Below are positions 47,857 through 57,914 of a stretch of DNA of 64,000 nt, piece by piece. The notes under the pieces are model-generated. The model was not told the origin of the DNA. It ran no database searches and saw nothing but the letters and a program-made list of their open reading frames with translations. The DNA lies in contig NZ_SBIV01000005.1 of assembly GCF_004765795.1 (NCBI RefSeq), forward strand, positions 186,001 to 250,000, written 5' to 3'. Within the stretch, counting starts at the first letter, position 1, and the number at the start of each line of letters is the position of its first letter. The position numbers and the translations under genes are program-made. This DNA comes from Halorussus marinus. Lineage in GTDB: Archaea; Halobacteriota; Halobacteria; Halobacteriales; Haladaptataceae.

Positions 47857-49224
47857 TCAGAGCTCTGACCCGATCGCCTCCGCGACCGTCGCGCTCGCGG
47901 CCGGAACTTCGCGGGCCCTCGCCTCGATGGCCACGTAGTAACTGAGGTCCGGGACGAGCCAGTCGACCGGCACTTGGTCCCTGTCGGCGTACTCTTCTAT
48001 CTGGCGGTCCGCATACCCGAAGTCGCCGAGCGACGCCAACAGGCGGCGGTCGAGACGGGAGTGGCGCTCCGAGTCGGCGGCCGCCGCGACGGCGTCGACG
48101 GCCGCGTCCCGGATCGTTCGCACGTCCTCGATCGTCTCGACCCTGACGAACTCGCCGTCGGCGACCCGCTCGCGCAACCGTTCGAACGCGCGGACCTGCG
48201 CCAGCGTGTCGTGGACCGAGAGGACGACGCTCGCCCGCCGCCCGGTCGCCAGTTCGTCGTCGAGTCCGTCGGCGTACTCCGCGTCCCGGAGCCCCGTCAG
48301 CGCCTCGGCGATCGGCGTCCCCTCGACGTCTCGGTCGACCAGCGACGAGGCCTCGGCGTGGGGTTCGCCCGGTAGCGCCTCGCGGCGCTCGTCGAGCGTC
48401 TCGACCAGCGACTCGCCGACAGCCCGGAGCCCCTCGCCGATCGGCCGCGGGTCGCCCAGCGACGCCACGTACCGATCGTAGACGTACGCGGCGTCGTCGA
48501 TCGCGGCCCGGGCGGACTCGACCTCGCCCGCGAACTCGCCGATCGCGAGCGGGTTGTCCGGACGCCGACGATACCGGCGGTGGTGTTCGCCGGCGCCCCG
48601 GAGCCGACGGCCCGCGAACCCCACCCGCTCTTCGATCTGGGCGTGGGCGAGCACCGCGCGCACCGGCGCCTGTCCCACGTAGCGCCACCGGAACTGGAAC
48701 TCCTCGAGGGCCCGACGGACCGTCGGAATCGACGCCCGAACCGCCTCGCGATCGAGGTCGCCGTCGATGGCGGCCCACGCCGCCGCGGCCGCCCTGGCGT
48801 CCTCGCGGGCGTCCCGGAGCCGGCCCATCGCGTCGGCGGTCGTGGTCGCCTCGGCGGCGTCGGCGAGCGCCTCGGTCGCCTCCTCGTAGAGCCGACTCAC
48901 CTCCTGTCGTATCACGCCGTTGGGCACGTCGCTCTCGTCGAGCGGCGCCGGCACCGCCGAGAGGTGCTCGCGGGCTGTCGCGGCCGCCTCGTCGAGGTAC
49001 GACTGCTCGACCTCGACCGGGAACCGCTCGGTCACCGTCGGCGGGTCGGTCGAGGCCACCTCCGAGAGCGCCGCGCCCTCGACCGTCGGGCCCCTGTCGT
49101 CCGAGAAGTAGCCGAACCCGTTACAGCCCGCGAGCCCGGCGCTCGCCGCGAGCGCGAGGAATCCCCGCCTCGTCGTCCGGGCGCGAGCGCCTCGCCGGGT
49201 CCGGTCGGTGGCCTCGGGGCTCAT
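47857..49224 (-). CDS. Tat lipoprotein, alpha-helical, unknown function
   Basis: TRRGFL...LAGC. Confidence 0.75.
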   Translation of the reverse strand: MSPEATDRTRRGARARTTRRGFLALAASAGLAGCNGFGYFSDDRGPTVEGAALSEVASTDPPTVTERFPVEVEQSYLDEAAATAREHLSAVPAPLDESDVPNGVIRQEVSRLYEEATEALADAAEATTTADAMGRLRDAREDARAAAAAWAAIDGDLDREAVRASIPTVRRALEEFQFRWRYVGQAPVRAVLAHAQIEERVGFAGRRLRGAGEHHRRYRRRPDNPLAIGEFAGEVESARAAIDDAAYVYDRYVASLGDPRPIGEGLRAVGESLVETLDERREALPGEPHAEASSLVDRDVEGTPIAEALTGLRDAEYADGLDDELATGRRASVVLSVHDTLAQVRAFERLRERVADGEFVRVETIEDVRTIRDAAVDAVAAAADSERHSRLDRRLLASLGDFGYADRQIEEYADRDQVPVDWLVPDLSYYVAIEARAREVPAASATVAEAIGSEL

Positions 49225-49919
49225 CGCTCGGCCTCCGTCGTCTCGGTCGCGTTCGTCCGGGTCTTTGGCCCGTAGTCCGGCGCCTCGGTCGTCGTTCCGT
49301 CGCCGTCGGGCGGTCGCCGCCTCACACGACACGGCCCGGAGCCCCACGAGGAGCCGTAGCTGTTGACCTCGTCGGGGTCGAGGGCCTCGGGGATCCGGAT
49401 CAGCACCGAGACGCCGTCGTGGGCGTCGGCGCGACACGACACGTCGGCGTCGCGGTGGCGGCTCCCGAAGTCGACTTCGACGTCGCGCTCGGACCACGAG
49501 ACGTTACACAGTTCGAGCGTGAGACACTCCCGGACCGGCCGGGCGAGGACGTACACCGTCGCCTCGCCGAAGTCGGTGTCCGCGACGAACTGCCGGGCCG
49601 CCTCGGCGCCCTCCACGTCGGCGTATCGGAGTCGGTCGGCGTCCTCGGTGCCGGCGACGAAGCCGCGTCCGTCGCGGTGGGTCGGCGGGTCGTCGTCCGA
49701 CGCGGTCTCGGTCGTAGCGTCCACGTCGCGAAACCAGACGGGCGGTCGGTTCTCGGCGTTGCGCACCGTGCGGTGGTCGGGGATCGTTCGATCGCCGTCC
49801 TCGGGCGGGACCGACGCGCTGTCGGTCGCGGTGTCGGTCACCGACTCGCCACAGCCGGCGAGTCCGGCCATCGCGGCCGTCGCTCCCTGGAGGAGGCGTC
49901 GTCGCGTCAGCGGGACCAT
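49221..49919 (-). CDS. Tat lipoprotein, unknown function
   Basis: TRRRLL...LAGC; Cys residues in the C-terminal domain. Confidence 0.75.
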   Translation of the reverse strand: MVPLTRRRLLQGATAAMAGLAGCGESVTDTATDSASVPPEDGDRTIPDHRTVRNAENRPPVWFRDVDATTETASDDDPPTHRDGRGFVAGTEDADRLRYADVEGAEAARQFVADTDFGEATVYVLARPVRECLTLELCNVSWSERDVEVDFGSRHRDADVSCRADAHDGVSVLIRIPEALDPDEVNSYGSSWGSGPCRVRRRPPDGDGTTTEAPDYGPKTRTNATETTEAER

Positions 49920-49996
49920 GTTCGAGACAGGCGAACAACACTACGTTAATGCTTGGGTTCGGTCGCCGCCGAGTAGCCGGTCCCGATCGGGACGCG

Positions 49997-50527
49997 CTAC
50001 ACCAGCGTCGACGGCCGGTTCCCGAGGTAGTCGAACACCGCCCCGAGCGTGAACCCGTACGAGAAGTGCGCGCCCAGCGTCACCACGAGGTAAAGCACCA
50101 GCGCCAGTCCGGTGTAGCCCTCGTAGAAGGCGGGCGCGAACCCGGTCCAGAGGGCGAACCCGAACGGGACTCCCTTGGTGGCGTACTTCTCGCCCGGCAG
50201 GTACGACCCGATGGACGCGAACAACAGCGGCCACATCACCATCCCGGTCAGCAAAAACAGGATGTACCCGACGGCGGTCGGACTCAGCGGCAACAGGAAG
50301 TCCAGCCCCGTGAGTTCGGTCAGCGTCCCGAAACTGCTGAGCCGGAACGCGCCGAACGAGGTCGCGATGAGCAACCCCACGGTCAGCGCGCCCGTCCCGA
50401 CGAGACCGCCCACCGCGCCGATGAGCCCGTCGGTGACGATCCCGCTCAGGTGGTCGAAGTCCGGTTCGGCCGGTTCGGCCCGCTCCTCGGGCATCTCGAC
50501 TGTGACGTCCCGTTCCTCCCCATCCAT
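49997..50527 (-). CDS. Oxidase-associated membrane protein (DUF6789-like)
   Basis: 4 TM segments, WPLLF, AHFSYG; divergent from coxB. Confidence 0.7.
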   Translation of the reverse strand: MDGEERDVTVEMPEERAEPAEPDFDHLSGIVTDGLIGAVGGLVGTGALTVGLLIATSFGAFRLSSFGTLTELTGLDFLLPLSPTAVGYILFLLTGMVMWPLLFASIGSYLPGEKYATKGVPFGFALWTGFAPAFYEGYTGLALVLYLVVTLGAHFSYGFTLGAVFDYLGNRPSTLV

Positions 50528-50623
50528 GTTTATTGGTACCACTCAACGAGGTAAAAACGTTCGCCACAGCGCCCGGGTAATTCTGCACAACGGATAAGTG
50601 TGTGGGCGTTGTTGACGCGTAGC

Positions 50624-51430
50624 ATGAATTGGGGGGTCGAGCAGTTCGCCCGCGCCGTCGGCCTCGCCCAGTCCGGGGGCGGGCTCGTCCCGCGGGGCAC
50701 CCGCGTCGACGTGTTCGAGCAGATCTTCTGGCTGTTTCTCGCGTTGGGGACGCTGGTGGGCGCGGTCGTCATCGGGTACATGCTGTACAACGCCTACAAG
50801 TATCGCGACGGCGACGCGCGGGCCGATCCCGACCGGTCGACGCGAGTCGGCGAACTCCCCGGGGGCGGCGACGGCGGGCGGAAGCTGTTCTACTCGTTCG
50901 GCGCGAGTACCCTCATCGTGATCTCGCTTGTGGCGTGGTCGTACGGAACGCTGTTGTACGTCGAACAGGACGTTCCCTCCGAGGCGGAGGGCATCGAGGT
51001 CGAGGTCGTCGGCTACCGCTTCGGGTGGGACTTCGTCTACCCGAACGGCCACACCGCGAACGCGCTCCGTGTCCCGCGCAACGAGACCGTTCAGTTGTCC
51101 GTGACCTCACGGGACGTGTTCCACACGTTCGGGATCCCCGAGCTACGGGTGAAGACCGACAGCATCCCCGGCCAGTACACGAGTTCGTGGTTCCGGGCCG
51201 AGGAGACCGCCACCTACCGGGCGCGGTGTTTCGAACTCTGCGGGGCCGGCCACTCGTACATGACCGCCGAGGTGATCGTGATGGAGCCCGCCGAGTACGA
51301 GGCGTGGTACGCGAACACGACCGGAGAGGCCGGTAGCGAGGCGATCGGCGCCCGGGACGAAGACCGAATCGGCGCGCCCGCGACGCCCGGCGGGCCCGCG
51401 ACGGTCGCCGCCCGAGGGGTGGTCGGATGA
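50624..51430 (+). CDS. coxB: Cytochrome c oxidase subunit II
   Basis: DVFH..., CFELCGAGHSYM CuA site; start approximate. Confidence 0.92.
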   Translation: MNWGVEQFARAVGLAQSGGGLVPRGTRVDVFEQIFWLFLALGTLVGAVVIGYMLYNAYKYRDGDARADPDRSTRVGELPGGGDGGRKLFYSFGASTLIVISLVAWSYGTLLYVEQDVPSEAEGIEVEVVGYRFGWDFVYPNGHTANALRVPRNETVQLSVTSRDVFHTFGIPELRVKTDSIPGQYTSSWFRAEETATYRARCFELCGAGHSYMTAEVIVMEPAEYEAWYANTTGEAGSEAIGARDEDRIGAPATPGGPATVAARGVVG

Positions 51431-53931
51431 GCGCCGAAACCGACTCCGGCGGCGATCACGGCCTGCCGGACTCCTCGACGATAACGCGGTGGCTCGTCAC
51501 GACCAACCACAAGGACGTCGGCATCCTCTATACGGTCACGGCCCTGTTTTTCCTCGTGTTCGGGGGCGTGCTGGCGCTGTTGATGCGGATCCAGCTCTGG
51601 ACGCCGGGCGCGGGCTTTCTCGAAGCCGTCTCGTACAATCAGGCCGTCTCGGCCCACGGGCTCATCATGGTGTTCTGGTTCCTCTCGCCGTTCGCGTTCG
51701 GGTTCGCGAACTACGTCGTCCCGCTCCAGATCGGCGCCCGAGACCTCGCGTTCCCGCGACTCAACGCGCTGTCGTACTGGCTCTATCTCTTCTCGGGGCT
51801 GTTGTTCGCGGTGTCGTTCTTCCAGGGCGCCACCTTCGCGGGCGGGTGGACGATGTACGCGCCGCTGAACGTCCCGGTCTACACCCCCGACATCGGCGCG
51901 AGCACCGCGGTGCTGGCGCTGGTGCTTTTCGTCGTCTCCGTGACGGTGTCGTCGGTCAACTTCCTCACCTCGATGCACCGGATGCGCGCCGAGGGGCTGA
52001 CGCTCCGGCGGATGCCGATCTTCTCGTGGACCATCCTGCTCACGGTGTGGATGATGCTGTTCGCGTTCGCGGCGCTGCTGGCCGCCCTGCTCATCCTCTC
52101 GTCGGACCGACTGCTCGGCACCCAGTACTTCGCCGCGACGGGCGCGGGCGGGTCGCTACTGTGGGCCCACCTGTTCTGGTTCTTCGGCCACCCGGAGGTG
52201 TACATCGTCTTCTTCCCGGCGCTTGGCGTGATGGCCGAGTGCTTCCAGACGTTCACCGGCCAGCGGCTCGTCGGCCGGAAGTGGTTCATCGCGGCGATGG
52301 TGCTGGTGGCCCTCCAGAGCTTCGTCGTCTGGATGCACCACATGTTCCTGACCTCGATCAACCTCGAGATCAAGACGCTGTTCATGGCGACCACCATCGG
52401 CATCTCCTTGCCGTTCGATCTGATGGTGTTCGCGCTCATCTACACCCTCATCAAGGGTCGGATCCGGTTCACCACTCCCTTCCTGTTTTCGTTCGGCGCG
52501 CTGGTGCTTTTCATCATCGGAGGGATCACCGGCGTCTTCCTCGGGGCGGTCGTCCTCGACTACGAGTTCCGGGGGACCTACTGGGTGGTCGCACACTTCC
52601 ACTACGTGATGGTGGGGGGCGTGACCGCGCTGTTTGGCGGCCTCTACTACTGGTTCCCGAAGATGACCGGGAAGATGTACGACGAGTTTCTGGGCAAACT
52701 CCACTTCGGGCTCTACTTCGTCGGGTTCAATCTGCTGTACTTCCCGATGTTCCTCTCGTGGGAGACTCCTCGCCGGGACTTCGTCTACCCCGAGGCGTTC
52801 GTCTCGTGGCACCAGCTCTCGACGGTCGGCGGATTCGTGCTCGGGATCTCGTTTCTGGTGATGTTCTACAACCTCGCGAAGAGCCTGGTCGCGGGCGAGG
52901 CGGCCGACGACAACCCGTGGGCGTTCTCGACGACCACCGAGTGGGCGCTCCCCTCCCCGCCGCCGATCGAGAACTTCCCCGGCGTCCCGACGTTCGCCAG
53001 CGGCGCGTTGGAGTTCCGATCCGCGGAAGCGGGCGACCGGTCGGCCGTCGAGATCGCCGACGGCGGCGGGGAGCCCGCGCCCGACGGCGGGCCGGCCCAC
53101 GCGGCCGGGACCGACGCCGCCGACCACGAGGAGGACCACGCCAGCCCGTGGCCCCTCGCGGTCGGCGTCGCGTCGTTCGTCCTGTTGCTCGGGCTCTCTG
53201 GGCTCCAGCGCGGCGGCTTCCCGTCGGGCGTCGAGGGCGGGTTCTACGTCGCGACGACCGGGGTCGGGCTCGCGGCGCTCGGGTGGACGCTGGTCCGGCT
53301 CGCCCGCGAGCGGTTCGTCGGCCCGTCGGGGCCGTTCGGCGAGAGCTGGCCGTTCGAGGCGGTCGAGAACACCAAGCTCGGCGTCTGGATCTTCCTCGCG
53401 TCCGACGTGGTGCTGTTCGGGGCGTTCATCGGCTCGTACGTGTTCATCCGGGTCGCCCACGGCTGGACCGACTGGCACGAGCTCGTCCCCGAAGCCCACG
53501 TCGTCACGCCCGGACTGGTCAACACCTACCTGCTTCTCACCAGTAGCTTCGCGGTCGTGGTCGCGCTGGTGGCCGCCGAGCGCGAGAGCCGATGGGGGCT
53601 TGTCGGGAGCCTCGGGCTCACGTTCGGGCTCGGGGTCGCGTTCCTCGTCAACAAGGCGATGGAGTGGCAACACCTGTTCCACGTCCACGGCGAGACGTTC
53701 GCGAACGGCTGGGTGCCCAGCACGAACGTCGCCGCCTCGACGTTCTACCTGACGACCGGGCTCCACGGCCTCCACGTAATCGGCGGGCTGTGTATCGCGC
53801 TGTACCTCGTCGCCCGGGCGTGGAACGGGGCGTACCTCGACGACGAGCGCTCCATCGAGTACTTCGGGCTGTACTGGCACTTCGTCGACATCGTGTGGCT
53901 GTTCCTGTTCCCGCTGTTCTACATCCTGTGA
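51427..53931 (+). CDS. coxAC: Fused heme-copper oxidase subunits I+III
   Basis: TTNHKDVG, WFFGHPEVY, WMHHMF, AHFHY; then WIFLASD...YWHFVDIVW. Confidence 0.93.
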   Translation: MSAETDSGGDHGLPDSSTITRWLVTTNHKDVGILYTVTALFFLVFGGVLALLMRIQLWTPGAGFLEAVSYNQAVSAHGLIMVFWFLSPFAFGFANYVVPLQIGARDLAFPRLNALSYWLYLFSGLLFAVSFFQGATFAGGWTMYAPLNVPVYTPDIGASTAVLALVLFVVSVTVSSVNFLTSMHRMRAEGLTLRRMPIFSWTILLTVWMMLFAFAALLAALLILSSDRLLGTQYFAATGAGGSLLWAHLFWFFGHPEVYIVFFPALGVMAECFQTFTGQRLVGRKWFIAAMVLVALQSFVVWMHHMFLTSINLEIKTLFMATTIGISLPFDLMVFALIYTLIKGRIRFTTPFLFSFGALVLFIIGGITGVFLGAVVLDYEFRGTYWVVAHFHYVMVGGVTALFGGLYYWFPKMTGKMYDEFLGKLHFGLYFVGFNLLYFPMFLSWETPRRDFVYPEAFVSWHQLSTVGGFVLGISFLVMFYNLAKSLVAGEAADDNPWAFSTTTEWALPSPPPIENFPGVPTFASGALEFRSAEAGDRSAVEIADGGGEPAPDGGPAHAAGTDAADHEEDHASPWPLAVGVASFVLLLGLSGLQRGGFPSGVEGGFYVATTGVGLAALGWTLVRLARERFVGPSGPFGESWPFEAVENTKLGVWIFLASDVVLFGAFIGSYVFIRVAHGWTDWHELVPEAHVVTPGLVNTYLLLTSSFAVVVALVAAERESRWGLVGSLGLTFGLGVAFLVNKAMEWQHLFHVHGETFANGWVPSTNVAASTFYLTTGLHGLHVIGGLCIALYLVARAWNGAYLDDERSIEYFGLYWHFVDIVWLFLFPLFYIL

Positions 53932-53933
53932 CA

Positions 53934-54194
53934 ATGAGCAAGCTCAGACTCTACACGGCGATCTACGTGGTGCTGTTCGGGCTCGCGACCGCCCAGACGC
54001 TCGTGGAGTTCGCGGGCCTCGACTACTGGGTCGGCCTCTGGACGATCGTCGGCCTGTCGTTCCTGAAGGCCGCGATCGTCGCGGGCTACTACCAGCACCT
54101 CCGGTGGGAACCCCGGTCGATCTCGTTCGTGTTGCTGGTCGGACTGCTGGCGGCGCTCGCGCTGACGGTCGCGTCGTCGTACTCGATCACGTAG
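53934..54194 (+). CDS. Cytochrome oxidase subunit IV family
   Basis: KAAIVAGYYQHLRWE. Confidence 0.85.
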   Translation: MSKLRLYTAIYVVLFGLATAQTLVEFAGLDYWVGLWTIVGLSFLKAAIVAGYYQHLRWEPRSISFVLLVGLLAALALTVASSYSIT

Positions 54195-54206
54195 CACGCG
54201 GGGCGC

Positions 54207-54500
54207 TCACCCCGGCGCCTGGACCGCGGCCACCGCCATGTACGAGAACACGAAAAAGGCGTACAGCCCCACCAGCGCGCCGACCACCTTGAGGTGGTAG
54301 ACGAACAGGTCGTCGGCCTCGGCCTCGCGGGCGGTTTCGTACGCCGCCCGCTCGTCGGCCGAACAGCGTTCGGGATGGGACTCGCCGAGGTGGAGCGCCC
54401 GGAGGCGCTCGCTCCGGAAGGGTCGGCCGCAGTGGGGACATCTGGCGGGCGTCTCGGCGTCGGGAACCCGGAGGTCGCGTTCGGAGACGGCCACGCTCAC
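54207..54500 (-). CDS. C2H2-like Zn-finger membrane protein
   Basis: CPHCGRPF...LHLGESH + C-terminal TM; GTG start approximate. Confidence 0.7.
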   Translation of the reverse strand: MSVAVSERDLRVPDAETPARCPHCGRPFRSERLRALHLGESHPERCSADERAAYETAREAEADDLFVYHLKVVGALVGLYAFFVFSYMAVAAVQAPG

Positions 54501-54931
54501 CACCCCACTACGAGGTCGGCGACGATCGCCGCGAGGACGAGCGTCCCGAACAGCCACGCGCTCAGGAGCGCGGCCTGGGAACTCCGGAGCCCGCGGACCC
54601 GCGCCGACTGGTAGGTCCCCCACAGCAGGTAGCCGACCAGCAACGCGCCGAACAGGCCGACGAACGCGGCCGGACCGATCGCGGCGGGCACCGACACGTC
54701 GCTGACCGACGCCACCGCGACGCCGCCACCGGCGAGCAACAGCCCGAAGAATCCGGCCGCCCACGCCGCGATCGAGTCGCCGTCGGTCGCGTCGCGCTCG
54801 TAGTCGTGGTCGTCGCCCACCTCGTACCGGGGGCGTTCGCCCGTCCGTGCCAGCCCCACCCAGACCGCGACGAGGAGGGCGCCGGTCGCGAGCGCGCTCG
54901 CGACGTATGCGGATTCGACCATCTGAGCCAC
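54497..54931 (-). CDS. Membrane protein
   Basis: 4 hydrophobic segments; overlaps the downstream gene. Confidence 0.65.
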   Translation of the reverse strand: MAQMVESAYVASALATGALLVAVWVGLARTGERPRYEVGDDHDYERDATDGDSIAAWAAGFFGLLLAGGGVAVASVSDVSVPAAIGPAAFVGLFGALLVGYLLWGTYQSARVRGLRSSQAALLSAWLFGTLVLAAIVADLVVGW

Positions 54932-55236
54932 TCCGTGACGCAGTCGTGTTAGATATTAACAACCATAAAGGTTGGCTCGTCGAGAGTGTGACGAACGGTA
55001 TCACTGCTCAACCAATTTTAATACTCAACCCGCTGAACGGACGGGTACGTCAGTCGCCCGGCACGACCGGGCGCGAGGTGAACCCCATGAAACGTCCACG
55101 CAACCGGTTCGACGCGGTCGGCGCCCAGTCCGACAGCGTCGGCTCCGGGAGTTCTGCTCGGTGTGCGCTCGCCGGGCGGGTGGACGCCATGGGTGAGAGT
55201 ATCTATCACCTCACTCGGACCGCTCCGGCCGCGTAA

Positions 55237-55279
55237 GGCGTCCGCCGACGCCGACGGGGTTCGCCCCTCGGCGGACGCC
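55237..55279 (+). other. Strong hairpin (12-bp perfect stem, inner GGGG-TTCG-CCCC) after a short ORF
   Basis: ggcgtccgccga ... tcggcggacgcc. Confidence 0.7.
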
Positions 55280-55465
55280 GGGGCCGCTCGTTTCCTGCGT
55301 GTCACCACACCCGGAAGCCGGCGGCGTGTGCCGGTCGAGGCGGTCCGAGCGACCACTTCTCCGGCGCATCTCCCGGCGAGGCGCGGCGTCTCGCGGTTCG
55401 AACCGACCAGCAGACGCTCCGCTCCCGACGCGGGCACCGACCCGCGGGGGGCACCACAGCCACCA

Positions 55466-55768
55466 ATGACGGACTCCACAATCGACGCGACCGCCGACCT
55501 CGAACTGCACGTTCCCCGCGGCGGCGACGGTACCTTACAGGAGGGCATCGCCGCCGTCCTCGCCCGAAGCGCCGCGGTCGACCGAACCGAAGTCGTGGCC
55601 ATCTCGGGCGTTAGGCCCACGCTGAACGACCTCCGGGTCGACGCCTCGGTCCGACTGCGCGTCCGCGCCGACGCCGACGAGGACGCGCGGGCCGCGGTCC
55701 GGGACGCCGTCACCGACCAGTTCGGCGTCCGCGAGGTGACCGAGATCGAACCCGCGCGCTCGGCCTGA
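55466..55768 (+). CDS. Hypothetical protein
   Basis: MTDSTIDATADLELHVPRG..., 100 aa. Confidence 0.65.
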   Translation: MTDSTIDATADLELHVPRGGDGTLQEGIAAVLARSAAVDRTEVVAISGVRPTLNDLRVDASVRLRVRADADEDARAAVRDAVTDQFGVREVTEIEPARSA

Positions 55769-55846
55769 GACGGCCGCGACCCGAACGCACAGCCGACGAC
55801 CGACGCGAACGGGCGACGACCCACCGTCGCCCACTGACACCAGACC

Positions 55847-56125
55847 ATGCGACACACCGAATCCACGCGACGCCACGCATCGACCCGACTCACCGCCGAG
55901 ACCACCCGACGACTGACCGCCAGCGCCGCGGCCGTCATCGGCGCGCTGGCCGGGACGGTCGCGGGTCTGGTCGCGTTCGCCGTCGGCGCCGCCGCGGCGC
56001 TCGCCGTCGCCTCCGCTCACCCGCTGGCGGTGGTCGTCCTGACGGCCGCCGGCGTCGTCGCGCCGTTCGCGCTCGCACTCGCCGCGGTTCGGGGTGCGAG
56101 CCGAGCGCTCGTCGCGGTCGAGTAA
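55847..56125 (+). CDS. Small membrane protein
   Basis: Ala/Val-rich TM helices. Confidence 0.55.
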   Translation: MRHTESTRRHASTRLTAETTRRLTASAAAVIGALAGTVAGLVAFAVGAAAALAVASAHPLAVVVLTAAGVVAPFALALAAVRGASRALVAVE

Positions 56126-56226
56126 GTCGACCCGCGGCCCGCGGGGCGAGACGACTATAGGCGCTCCGTACGCGTCCGAAGGCCCGACATAACAATAGAT
56201 AGGCCGACCGGACGGTACGGTGACGC

Positions 56227-56478
56227 ATGGACTTCCTGAACGGCATCACCGAGGGACTGGGCGGTCGCGGCGACCGCGAGGCGCCGAACGACACCGACCG
56301 TCCGGCTCCCGAATCGGCACCCGACGACCAGCCCCCGACGAGAGACCCCGAACGCGATTCGCACGCGACCGACCGCGACGACGAACACGTCTGTGACTTC
56401 TGTGGCTCGGACTTCGAGGCGAGCCGCGGACGGTGTCCCGACTGTGGCGCCGAGATAATCGTCCGCGGCGCGCGGTAG
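56227..56478 (+). CDS. CPxCG zinc-finger microprotein
   Basis: VCDFCG...CPDCG. Confidence 0.7.
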   Translation: MDFLNGITEGLGGRGDREAPNDTDRPAPESAPDDQPPTRDPERDSHATDRDDEHVCDFCGSDFEASRGRCPDCGAEIIVRGAR

Positions 56479-56498
56479 CGCCGACCGCCGACCGCGGA

Positions 56499-57875
56499 CT
56501 ACTCCGAGGGCTCGCTCGGGTCCGCGATCGCGAGCACGCGCAGGTCGTTGACGTTCGTTCCGGTCGGGCCGGTCCGGACCGCGCAGTCGGCGGCGTCCAA
56601 CGCCGCGAGCGCGTCGTTGTCCGCGAGCGCGTCGCGGGCGTCGTCGGCCGAGAGCCGGTCGCCGACCGTCTCGGCGTCGACGATGCCGCCCGCCGCGTCG
56701 GTCCCCCCGTCGCGGCCGTCGGTGTCGAGGCTGGCGATCGCGACCCCCGAGGCGTCTATCGACGCGGCGGCCGACAGCGCGAACTCGAGGTTCGGCCCGC
56801 CCTCGCCGTCGCCGGTGACTGTCACCGTCGTCTCGCCGCCCGAGAGCACGACCGCGGGCGGAGCGACGGGATCGCCGGTCAGGAGGCTCTCCTCGGCGAC
56901 CGCGACGTGGGTCTTTGCGGCCTCTCGGGCCTCCCCGCGAACCCGCGAGGACAAGATCAGCGGCTCGTAGCCCGCCTCCCGGGCGGTCTCGGCCGCGGCG
57001 TCGAGTGCGGTCCGCGCGCTCGCGAGGAGGTGGACCGACACGCGCTCGAAGACCGGATCGCCCACGGAAGGCGTCTCGGCGACCTCGCCGCGCGCGCCCG
57101 CGGTCAGCCGATCGCGAACGCTCGCTGGGGCGTCGAGGTCGTACCGGTCCAGCACGCCGAGCGCGTCCTCGTACGTCGAGTCGTCGGCCACGACGGGACC
57201 GCTGGCGACGACGCCGAAGTCGTCGCCGACCACGTCGCTCAGGACCAGTCCGACGACGGTCGCCGGGGCCGCCCGGGCGGCGAGCCGGCCGCCCTTCAGC
57301 GCCGAGAGGTGTTTGCGGACGGCGTTTATCTCGCCGATGGCCGCGCCGCTGTCCAGCAGGGCGTCCGTGGTCGCTCGGAGGTCGGCGAGCGAGATTCCGT
57401 CGGCGGGCGCGGGCAACAGCGCGCTCGCGCCGCCGGTGATCGGCGCCAGCACGAGGGTCTCGTCGGCGGCGCCGTCGGCGAGTTCGAGCACGCGGCGCGC
57501 GCTCTCGACGCCGCGCTCGCTCGGCACGGGGTGGTCGCCGGCGAGCGCGTCGACGCGTTCTAGGGGGTCGGCGTCGTCGGCGCCGTCGGTCACCACCGCG
57601 CCCCGGTCGATCCGGTCGCCGAGGGCGGCTTCGAGGGCCGCCGCGACGCCCCGGGCGGCCTTCCCGCCGCCGAGGACGACGAGTTCCTCGTAGTCGCCCA
57701 GATCGTAGCGCGTCCCGGCGACCGTCAGGACATCGCCGTCGATCCCGACCGCCTCGCGGACGACTCGACGGGGGTCGGCCGCCGCGATCCCGGCGTCGAG
57801 GCACTCGAGCGCGAGCGCTCGGGCGGGCGTTCCCGCGAGCGCCGCCCGGTTCCGAATCGCGGACTCGTCGGTCAT
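56499..57875 (-). CDS. Glycerate 2-kinase (MOFRL/TtuD family)
   Basis: GGGKAA, HPVP, TGGASAL, SDVVGD, GGETTV, TGPTGTNVND. Confidence 0.92.
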   Translation of the reverse strand: MTDESAIRNRAALAGTPARALALECLDAGIAAADPRRVVREAVGIDGDVLTVAGTRYDLGDYEELVVLGGGKAARGVAAALEAALGDRIDRGAVVTDGADDADPLERVDALAGDHPVPSERGVESARRVLELADGAADETLVLAPITGGASALLPAPADGISLADLRATTDALLDSGAAIGEINAVRKHLSALKGGRLAARAAPATVVGLVLSDVVGDDFGVVASGPVVADDSTYEDALGVLDRYDLDAPASVRDRLTAGARGEVAETPSVGDPVFERVSVHLLASARTALDAAAETAREAGYEPLILSSRVRGEAREAAKTHVAVAEESLLTGDPVAPPAVVLSGGETTVTVTGDGEGGPNLEFALSAAASIDASGVAIASLDTDGRDGGTDAAGGIVDAETVGDRLSADDARDALADNDALAALDAADCAVRTGPTGTNVNDLRVLAIADPSEPSE

Positions 57876-57914
57876 ACGTCCGCGTTCGACCGAGAGGCTC
57901 CTAACTTCTGGGGA

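Noticed and set aside
51427..53931. Subunit I/III fusion as a novelty
   Set aside because: CoxAC fusions are already known in haloarchaea.
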